Positions 57,047 to 64,000 of a stretch of DNA of 64,000 bases are shown one piece after another. The stretch lies in the IMG/VR virus record IMGVR_UViG_3300022555_000004, one strand, 5' to 3'. Below the pieces are notes generated by a model. The model did not search any database. It worked only from the letters and a program-made list of their open reading frames with translations, and was not told the origin of the DNA. Every line of letters starts with the position of its first letter. Within the stretch, counting starts at the first letter, position 1. The position numbers and the translations under genes were made by a program. The DNA is from a virus (Duplodnaviria; Caudoviricetes).

Positions 57047-57430
57047 TTATTTTAGTATAATTCCTTTGTCTAATATCAAATTACATTCTTCCATAGCAGT
57101 CATAGAGTTCATATCCCATACGGCGACAGCACGATAGTAATCAAATCCTGATAGTCTATTTTTCAACCATACAAAACCACCTACACATGAATATAATTCT
57201 ATATCTTCTCTGGTGCTGACGACCCAATAAAGATCATCTTCATATTGGTCTGTCCATCCTAAAAGTTTTACAACTTTAAAGGGCGAATCATACACCAATT
57301 CGTTTCGATGTTTATTTACATCACGTTGAATTGTCTTGTCGTTATCCCATCCAAGGGCTTTATTTATATAGTGTTCCATTCTTCTCTTTGGCTGTTCAAT
57401 ACACTTCCAATAAAAATCTAATTTATCCAT
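57047..57430 (-). CDS. Hypothetical protein
   Basis: ORF in operon. Confidence 0.6.
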   Translation of the reverse strand: MDKLDFYWKCIEQPKRRMEHYINKALGWDNDKTIQRDVNKHRNELVYDSPFKVVKLLGWTDQYEDDLYWVVSTREDIELYSCVGGFVWLKNRLSGFDYYRAVAVWDMNSMTAMEECNLILDKGIILK

Positions 57431-58134
57431 TATACTTTACCTCTGAAAGATGTTTTCAAATCAAAGCCATGCCCCATGATTTTATACTTATCGTCAATCT
57501 TTATTTCAGGCATCATATCAGGTGATTCCTTCATTACATTACCCACGAAATAAGACAAGTGTTGATACATTTCATTTGCTGATATAAATGAAGCAACCCC
57601 GATTTCACCAAGTTTTGGTGTCATATCGTGTATTATGATACTGTTTCTATATGTATTGAACATGAATACAGGGGATCCAACTATTCGGCATAAAGCTATA
57701 AGTGTTTCATCTTTATGATTTATATAATCAGAATATTGTGGCCCTTTTCCCCACCAACTATATTTTGGTTCTTTGATGTCAGATTTTTTGACAAGTCTAT
57801 ATGGTTCATCTGATTTCATTTTTATTTGTGTGAAAAAAATATCACCAACAACTATACCTCTTACTTCTGGATTATAATCATTACGACCATCAAAATATGA
57901 ACCATAGAGGTCATAAGCATTTCCAACACTGTCACATCTTGTTTTCCATTGATCATCTAAAGTTGTATAGTATCGGTGTCCTTGTTGAGCATAACGTATA
58001 AATTCACGTCTAATATCAATTTGGTCAGCGATATTTTGTTTATAAGGTCTTACATAAACAATTTTTGGATCACCGCCACCGTATATATGGGCAATGTGGT
58101 CGTAATAATCGCGAAAGTTGCTTTTAATTATCAT
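57430..58134 (-). CDS. Phage hypothetical protein (FRDYYD...HGFD.KTSFR)
   Basis: ORF in operon. Confidence 0.65.
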   Translation of the reverse strand: MIIKSNFRDYYDHIAHIYGGGDPKIVYVRPYKQNIADQIDIRREFIRYAQQGHRYYTTLDDQWKTRCDSVGNAYDLYGSYFDGRNDYNPEVRGIVVGDIFFTQIKMKSDEPYRLVKKSDIKEPKYSWWGKGPQYSDYINHKDETLIALCRIVGSPVFMFNTYRNSIIIHDMTPKLGEIGVASFISANEMYQHLSYFVGNVMKESPDMMPEIKIDDKYKIMGHGFDLKTSFRGKV

Positions 58135-58683
58135 GTTTGTTTCCCTTCTAAATATCGTTTTTTAGCATCACGCATTTTTTGTTTGGCTTCTTCTGTATGT
58201 TTTTTTCCTGTCATACCAACACGATTTTTACACATATTTTCTATATGTTTTTTTGATAAATGTCTGCCTTCTAAGCTTTTGCTTATATTATTTTTTTGCG
58301 CTGGTGTTCTTTTTTTCCCTGTTATTGCTTTTACTCTTTTTTCTACCCAACTATCGGTTTGTTTTTTGCCAATTTGTCTAATACTTTTCTTTTTATTTTG
58401 TTCATCAGAAAATTTATACCCATATGTTCCGTCACCACCCCATGTCAAGTTATACCCATTGCCTTCACTAACATGGCTATGATTTACAATAATTTTGAAT
58501 GTTTCCATCACATTCAAAACTAAAATATCATCACATTCATAAATAATTTCCCATTTAAAATTGTCGTGGCCATATTTGTTTAGAGCATTATAAAAATAGA
58601 TCGATATGCCCTCTTTATGTGTACAACATAGGTGTTGATTTTTTCTTTTCTTTAATGTTCCTGTAGTTAGTTTTTATAATCAT
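58131..58683 (-). pseudogene. GIY-YIG/NUMOD3 endonuclease with N-terminal catalytic motif deleted
   Basis: Frame open back to TTGTLKKRKNQH...FKWEIIYEC but the GIY/YIG segment is missing. Confidence 0.7.
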
Positions 58684-58875
58684 TTACATCATCGCTTTCT
58701 TGTTCGCTATTCCCGAATACCGAATATCTAATCGTTTTACGGTTTTTGTTTTTATATTTGTCCGGTTTTGGATGTTTACTAGCATTGTCCATGCCACCAT
58801 GCCATGGACAACGTGTACATTTACCTGTTTCATTACATACTTTTTCTTTGTAAATTCGTCTGAATGCTTTTGAAT

Positions 58876-59022
58876 TTACACATTCATCATCAAAACAAAA
58901 CCATAAACCATTGAGTGATCAACCAATGCACACCAATCTTTACTCTTATTGATTGCCATTTTATCTGTTTGACATAGAAAATCAGCAACCCAATGTATAA
59001 ACAAAATCCAATACATCAACAT
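58876..59022 (-). pseudogene. Truncated DUF3307-like membrane protein (48 aa)
   Basis: IHWVADFLCQTDKMA..K motif, then early stop. Confidence 0.5.
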
Positions 59023-59041
59023 GATATACTACCTTTCTATT

Positions 59042-59422
59042 TTAATTCATGTTCCGTTCAATCAAACCGAACAGGACTTTTTCAAATACCGTCAAGTCAG
59101 GCATATATTCAGATTTATAATCAACGTTGATTAATGCTTTATCACGAACATTTAGTTCATCAATAACAAGAACATCAAAACAAACCGTATTGATTGCCAA
59201 ATCATTAACTTTGTTAAAAATGGCCTTTAACGCCCGACCACGAGCGATATCCCTTCCCGTTTTCTTTACAGGCATGTCCTCATATGAACAAATCGAAATA
59301 CCACGAGCATATTCATCCCCTTTTCTAACAACACAAATCGTAACATACGGTACATTTTCACGATTCCTCAAATGATAGTAATAAATCTGGTCAACATTAT
59401 AGTTATTCGCTTTCTTCAACAT
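59042..59422 (-). CDS. Hypothetical protein
   Basis: ARGISICS.ED...GR.IARGRA. Confidence 0.6.
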   Translation of the reverse strand: MLKKANNYNVDQIYYYHLRNRENVPYVTICVVRKGDEYARGISICSYEDMPVKKTGRDIARGRALKAIFNKVNDLAINTVCFDVLVIDELNVRDKALINVDYKSEYMPDLTVFEKVLFGLIERNMN

Positions 59423-59494
59423 TTTAATTTCCTTTCTTTTTTCTCTTTATTGTATCCTAAAATTGTGTAATTGTCAACATATATTTTGAATAAA

Positions 59495-59527
59495 GGAATG
59501 CCCTAGTTCAGACCAACTAGGGCATTC
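59495..59527. terminator. Hairpin terminator
   Basis: GAATGCCCTAGTT/AACTAGGGCATTC. Confidence 0.7.
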
Positions 59528-59531
59528 AATT

Positions 59532-59834
59532 TTATTTTTTAATGAAAAACATTTTATTCAGTCTTCGTTTGAACATTTTTCTAATAGACTTTGTTGTAGT
59601 CAAATATGTTCCAACACCACAACCAACCACATAACAAGCAAATCCAATATAGTCTTCATTCTTAATAATAAGCCAAGTTGAAGCCATACTAACCGTAGTC
59701 AACAGAATTGTATATACAGTTGCTTGTACATTTTTGAAAGCGTTTGTGGCCTGTATTTGTAAGCATAAAAGAATATCTATTACAAATCCAAATCCGAATA
59801 AACCCAAACACATCAATATTGTATTCTTTACCAT
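59532..59834 (-). CDS. Three-TM membrane protein (DUF5698-like)
   Basis: Hydrophobic; YVVGCGVGTYL. Confidence 0.6.
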   Translation of the reverse strand: MVKNTILMCLGLFGFGFVIDILLCLQIQATNAFKNVQATVYTILLTTVSMASTWLIIKNEDYIGFACYVVGCGVGTYLTTTKSIRKMFKRRLNKMFFIKK

Positions 59835-60002
59835 AAAAATTCCCCTCTCTATATATTACCCACACATTATCCTCACTGTGAGGTTACTTGTGGCTACATA
59901 GTTGGATTGGTGTATGCCTCCATTGACATATCTGCCGTTATCCTTGACTTTTTCTCTTATTATACAACACTTTTTGGAAAAAGTCAAGGATTATTATTTA
60001 CT

Positions 60003-60047
60003 TGGAACCCTTGTCGGGACTCGAACCCGCCGGCAAGACAGGCCCTC
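60003..60047 (-). other. tRNA 3-prime-half fragment (T-arm plus acceptor strand plus CCA)
   Basis: CGGG TTCGAGT CCCG ACAAGGGT TCCA; no D or anticodon arm upstream. Confidence 0.55.
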
Positions 60048-60076
60048 ATTACTTCTTTTTCCAAGACCGTTCCTCT

Positions 60077-60310
60077 TTAACTCCGTTTTATTTCATATTT
60101 TTCACAAGCATCAATTGCCTCTTGTAGAGTATCAAAACCACTATACACAATTGAACCATTAATTCTTTTACCGTCATGATATGCCCAGTAACCATCTTTT
60201 TGTGTTTTTTCCCAGCCACCGCCATAAGTATAATGGAATAGATGGATACTATACAAACCGCTTTTCCATACCATGTAACAGGAATCACTATCAACTTTTT
60301 GAAATTTCAT
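60077..60310 (-). CDS. Hypothetical protein
   Basis: ORF; F.TL.EA..AC motif. Confidence 0.6.
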   Translation of the reverse strand: MKFQKVDSDSCYMVWKSGLYSIHLFHYTYGGGWEKTQKDGYWAYHDGKRINGSIVYSGFDTLQEAIDACEKYEIKRS

Positions 60311-60479
60311 TATTTTTTTCCTTTAGTAATTTATTCATACAGATTAAAGCATCCATATCTTGCTTCATACCACGCAATAATAATTCGGATACAAAATCAA
60401 CGCCTTCAAAACGTCCGAAAAACAATTGTTCACGGAACCGTTTTAACAACATTTTGTTATTCAATTCTTTTAAATCCAT
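60291..60479 (-). CDS. Hypothetical protein
   Basis: ORF behind an early promoter cassette. Confidence 0.55.
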   Translation of the reverse strand: MDLKELNNKMLLKRFREQLFFGRFEGVDFVSELLLRGMKQDMDALICMNKLLKEKNNEISKS

Positions 60480-60555
60480 ATCACTATCTCACTTTTTCCT
60501 TTGATTATAACACAAATCCTTGGATTTGTCAAGTGAAATTATTTACCTGTATGCT

Positions 60556-61704
60556 CTATTTTTTTATCAATCTAAATTTTGAATCCTTACCAAATGCTGT
60601 AGCATTTGATATAAATTCTTCTTCTGTTTGGCCAATCCATCGAAATATATTATGTGTTTTTGTTGTTGGCAAAAATCCGTGCATAAAGGTATACATCCTT
60701 GTTACACCTTTCACCAATTCATCCGTCCACTTATCACCGATATAAGAATTTCTTTTTAATGCAGTCAATGGTTCATATCTTTGTGGAAACAAAAAAATTG
60801 TTCTCCCAACATCATCTGTCATTTGTTGTGCTTTGATAATTCTTTTCCAAAAATCACTAGGACTATCCTTCCAATTAAATAACATATAACAAAAGAAACC
60901 TGCTTTTACTTTATATTTTTCGACATATTCTAACGCACGTCTGATATGCTTTTCGTATCCAATGAAATCAAAACTAAACCTCAAATATGCTGTTCCTTTT
61001 TCCTTTTGCGCCCCCCATTTCAATTCGCTAAATCTTTTTGCTTGATGTTCAGTAAATGACGATACATGAAGGCCATGTATGTCAACAGGTAAACCAAATT
61101 CAATCAGTTCATCTACTATATTATCAAAATATTCGTGTTCAGTGAAGTTATTATCATATAGAACAACACTTGTAGCATCAGGAATTTCCAATATGCCTTT
61201 TTGTAAAATGTTCTTTATAGATTTAAATGATTTCATACATCCTTCTAATGTAGGAACGGCACAATAACCACATTTATTTACACATCCTCTTGATGCATAT
61301 AAAACAATTTTTTTCGAGTCTGGACATACTGAATATTTTGGTGTCAAATTTTCTATTTCTTCACACATCCCACTAACAACCGTCACTTTACCTCTTGATA
61401 AAAATGGATTGGATGGAAATGTAGTATTGAACCACTCTGGATTTAAAGTAGGAAACGAACCACCTACAATTATTTCCGCCTGTGGATATTTTGTTCTATA
61501 AAAATTAATTGTATCCTTATATATTTCTGAATAAAACGAAAAAATGCACGAAATAAGTATCTTATCAGGTATAAACATTTCAGGGCTTTTACCGATAACA
61601 TACTTATATTCATGTTTATTTTGTTCGCACCATTCTGCCCATTTCATCAAGGCTATATTAGGTGCTATTGATTTAACCGATGGTTCAACTATAAGATATT
61701 TCAT
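60556..61704 (-). CDS. Radical SAM protein with B12-binding-like N-terminus
   Basis: SRGCVNKCGYC (CxxxCxxC), YDNNF, RFSFD. Confidence 0.9.
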   Translation of the reverse strand: MKYLIVEPSVKSIAPNIALMKWAEWCEQNKHEYKYVIGKSPEMFIPDKILISCIFSFYSEIYKDTINFYRTKYPQAEIIVGGSFPTLNPEWFNTTFPSNPFLSRGKVTVVSGMCEEIENLTPKYSVCPDSKKIVLYASRGCVNKCGYCAVPTLEGCMKSFKSIKNILQKGILEIPDATSVVLYDNNFTEHEYFDNIVDELIEFGLPVDIHGLHVSSFTEHQAKRFSELKWGAQKEKGTAYLRFSFDFIGYEKHIRRALEYVEKYKVKAGFFCYMLFNWKDSPSDFWKRIIKAQQMTDDVGRTIFLFPQRYEPLTALKRNSYIGDKWTDELVKGVTRMYTFMHGFLPTTKTHNIFRWIGQTEEEFISNATAFGKDSKFRLIKK

Positions 61705-61705
61705 A

Positions 61706-62272
61706 TTATATCAATCTCTCCGTTCCCTCTGGCCATTCGCCATCATTTGTTTTTTTCCAATGAAAAAGGTCATTATGAATCATCCATTGTTCAGGCTTTG
61801 AACCATATAATTGTTGTAATTTCTCTCTTTTTGTTTTTCCACCAGCAATAATAACTTCATCCATATGGTTTATAATATACTTTGTAAAATCTTCTTTTGA
61901 AATGATAAAAACTTGTATATCATTTGGTTCTACCGTTAAAAAAGACAGATAATCATATTTTTGTTCTTGCCTAATTTGAAAGAATGTATATGTATTTGCT
62001 TTTAAACTAAGGCACGATCCTTTTAATTCAACTTTTGAACCATTAGTTAGGTTGTCTATGCGATAATCATAGTCGCTTTCTTTTTTATTTCTAATTTGAA
62101 GTTTCCATCCAGCATCAATAAGAAGCAACTTGACAAATTCTTCCATATCTGCTCCCTTTGTTTTTGGTGATTGTCTGAATATCCATTCGTTTCTGGAATC
62201 AATCCATGCACCAACCTTTTTCAATCTTTTTTCTTTTACTTTATCAACTATTGCCCATTGTCGTTTATTCAT
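61706..62272 (-). CDS. PD-(D/E)XK restriction-endonuclease-like protein (start MNKRQW)
   Basis: KGADME, DY....VELKGS, FQIR. Confidence 0.6.
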   Translation of the reverse strand: MNKRQWAIVDKVKEKRLKKVGAWIDSRNEWIFRQSPKTKGADMEEFVKLLLIDAGWKLQIRNKKESDYDYRIDNLTNGSKVELKGSCLSLKANTYTFFQIRQEQKYDYLSFLTVEPNDIQVFIISKEDFTKYIINHMDEVIIAGGKTKREKLQQLYGSKPEQWMIHNDLFHWKKTNDGEWPEGTERLI

Positions 62273-62333
62273 ATATATCTCACTTTTTCCTTTGATTATA
62301 ACATAAATCCAAGGATTTGTCAACATAAAATAA

Positions 62334-62357
62334 AACCCCATGATATCATGGGGTTTC
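62334..62357. terminator. Hairpin after the tRNA cluster
   Basis: AAACCCCATGA/TCATGGGGTTT. Confidence 0.6.
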
Positions 62358-62364
62358 CTTATTT

Positions 62365-62438
62365 TGGTGCAACCGGCGGGAGTCGAACCCGCCTTTACTG
62401 GTTAAAGCCAGTTACTAAACCAGATCAGTTACGGCTGC
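62365..62438 (-). tRNA. tRNA with 6-nt anticodon loop CTTTAA (Lys-like, or UUA-reading)
   Basis: Perfect ACTGG/CCAGT stem; canonical T-arm; ACCA end. Confidence 0.7.
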
Positions 62439-62443
62439 ATGTT

Positions 62444-62572
62444 TGGTAGGGTGTGCTTGGAATTGAACCAAGCGGCCACGTCATTATCAGTGAAGTAACT
62501 CTTATCTACACCACCGAATGGGGAACAAACGACAAAAGAAATTATCGTGCTCTAACACTGAGCTAACACCCT
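62444..62572 (-). tRNA. tRNA-Ile(GAU) with a 52-nt insertion in the anticodon stem
   Basis: AGGGTGT/ACACCCT acceptor, GCTC/GAGC D-stem, loop CT-GAT-AA; insert 62494..62545. Confidence 0.7.
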
Positions 62573-62581
62573 ATATTGTTT

Positions 62582-62655
62582 TGGTCTGCGATCAAGGAGT
62601 TGAACCTTGTACATACGGGCCCAGGCCGTAGATGTCACCCATACACCAATCGCAG
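62582..62655 (-). tRNA. tRNA-Pro(UGG)
   Basis: C1-G72, A73, loop CC-TGG-GC. Confidence 0.82.
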
Positions 62656-62712
62656 ATTATTTGAAATTTTTTCTAAATTTTTAATTACGTTTTTTGCTTT
62701 TATTCTATAAAC

Positions 62713-62741
62713 ACTATACCATACTTTTCTTTGCCTGTCAA
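62713..62741 (-). promoter_or_regulatory. Sigma70 promoter for the tRNA cluster
   Basis: TTGACA-17nt-TATAGT. Confidence 0.7.
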
Positions 62742-62904
62742 GGAATTTTCTAATAAAAATGGGTTATAGAACACAAGTTTTAAATATCCTTATTTCCATT
62801 CTTTATCAGTAAACCACTGGATATTACTTATGATTTACTAACAAGGCGTTCTCTATAAGATTTCGTATAACTGGATGCCGAAGCATCATAACCCATTTTT
62901 GACA

Positions 62905-63051
62905 ATAAAAAACGCCCAAACTTTTTAGGAGCATGGGCGGTTTTTGTGTACCTGTGTTGGAACTCGGCTAAAACACAAACCTCCACGCTTCCCTATAATA
63001 ATTTTTAGGTTCTTCTATGAGTATCGGTTTTGGCCCTAGTTCATTAAACAT
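62905..63051 (-). promoter_or_regulatory. Attenuator-like leader: 27-aa peptide ending in UAG, then KPP overlapping an intrinsic terminator
   Basis: MFNELG...WRFVF*PSSNTGTQKPP; hairpin CCGCCCA/TGGGCGT plus U-run. Confidence 0.55.
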
Positions 63052-63178
63052 TTTTCTTCTTTCCTTTTCAATTAAAATTGCATAGAGGACTCATTTAATA
63101 TAATTTCTATGATTTGAGGCGGAGTCCTCTAGGTATGAATAATATTCTACCCTATTAATTTGCCTCACTGATTATTAT

Positions 63179-63772
63179 TTATAACATATTATTTTTCTTT
63201 GTCAACACTTTATTTTCTTTTATTCTATAATGTTTATTTATGAATGTTGTAATATTATTTGACCATAAAAGAGGCGCTTCCCCTTTGATTTTATTAGTAT
63301 CCTGTGGCCAATCCCACCAAGCAATATCTAATAATTTTTCAATAATATCCAGTTCAAATCTATACTTTACAACTCTTGCTGGATTACCAACTACTATAGA
63401 ATACGCAGGAATGTCTTTTGTGACCACAGAACCCGCCCCAACGACAGCCCCACTATGGATTGTGACGCCTGATAAAATTATAGATTTTGCTCCTATCCAA
63501 ACATCATTTTCAATTTGAATATTTCCTTTACATGCTGGATGACCTATATCCATATGCATTTTAGCAATTTCTGGTGTAACAGGCCCCCATAATTGAGAGG
63601 ACGTTGTAATCCAATCTGGCCTATGGTCTGCATGTAAAAAAAATGATGTTCCTCTACCTATGGAACAATATTTTCCAACTAATATTTTATATTGGTCAGA
63701 CCAACTTATGATTTCAATTTCTCTATCATAATATGACCCGATATTCATATGTAATAAATGTTCGTTTTCCAT
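63179..63772 (-). CDS. CatB/Vat-related hexapeptide-repeat O-acetyltransferase
   Basis: [35 protein letters not shown]. Confidence 0.9.
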   Translation of the reverse strand: MENEHLLHMNIGSYYDREIEIISWSDQYKILVGKYCSIGRGTSFFLHADHRPDWITTSSQLWGPVTPEIAKMHMDIGHPACKGNIQIENDVWIGAKSIILSGVTIHSGAVVGAGSVVTKDIPAYSIVVGNPARVVKYRFELDIIEKLLDIAWWDWPQDTNKIKGEAPLLWSNNITTFINKHYRIKENKVLTKKNNML

Positions 63773-63789
63773 ATTTCCTTATGCACAAT

Positions 63790-63935
63790 AAAAAAATGAC
63801 ATGTCCTGACGGGCGTGCCAGGTTCTATCGGTGTGTCATGTCACCGAGCAAATTTGTTTCCGAAGACCAATTCGGTTCCATATCGTCAGAGTTTGCTTAG
63901 CTCCTGATTAGCCAGAAGTCAACCGGCGTGTATCA
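63790..63935 (-). ncRNA. Candidate structured RNA ending in a terminator-like helix
   Basis: Five GC-rich hairpins; TGACATG/CATGTCA plus U6. Confidence 0.4.
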
Positions 63936-63941
63936 AATATT

Positions 63942-63998
63942 CTATATTTTAATTTTTCGTCCTTTATGCCACCCTTTTTGTAAATATTCATCAATGTT
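63942..63998 (-). CDS. 3-prime end of a probable Seg-like GIY-YIG endonuclease (partial, window edge)
   Basis: EYLQKGWHKGRK resembles YYLKQGWFKGRK of 49281..49994. Confidence 0.5.
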   Translation of the reverse strand, partial: NIDEYLQKGWHKGRKIKI

Positions 63999-64000
63999 GT

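Noticed and set aside
25-63518. Most plus-strand ORFs in the track (e.g. 262..645, 1893..2306, 15674..16120, 57976..58482, 60242..60745)
   Set aside because: They are antisense shadows of well-supported minus-strand genes and have no RBS or recognisable motifs.
1-64000. Genome-wide TAG reassignment (code 15)
   Set aside because: Long genes are intact under code 11. Several end at TAG directly followed by the next gene's RBS (34548, 37769, 46332).
63790-64000. Group I intron 3-prime end housing the Seg-like nuclease
   Set aside because: Only loose resemblance to the R/S elements. No convincing P7 pairing and no interrupted exon.

Overview
This is a 64-kb AT-rich segment of a large T4-like (jumbo) phage genome, with most genes on the minus strand. 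Core genes include a gp41/DnaB helicase fractured by a naturally split intein with a Vsr-like endonuclease between the halves, UvsY, UvsW, gp32 SSB, a Holliday junction resolvase, NAD-dependent DNA ligase, a ThyX-like protein and an RNA ligase. There is also a lysis region, several GIY-YIG/HNH homing endonucleases (some decayed) and about 21 tRNA genes. PxxKW and AtpZ-like genes hint at a Desulfobacterota host (inference). The most notable signals are: (1) an operon (hypothetical, Pth2-like, amber-suppressor tRNA-CUA) whose leader has an in-frame UAG followed by an RGPP stall motif overlapping an RBS-sequestering hairpin, plus a second UAG/PP attenuator-like leader at about 63 kb; (2) a conserved, covarying ~90-nt structured leader before three GIY-YIG genes, whose loop copies each gene's own RBS; (3) tRNAs with intron-like inserts or non-canonical architecture; (4) six ADP-ribosyltransferase-like paralogs and other enzymes sharing a capsid-targeting-like N-terminus; (5) tandem PAS plus membrane-protein modules; (6) a probable origin with 41-bp tandem repeats next to a ~600-nt structured non-coding region. 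All calls are from motif recognition by eye; no database searches were run.
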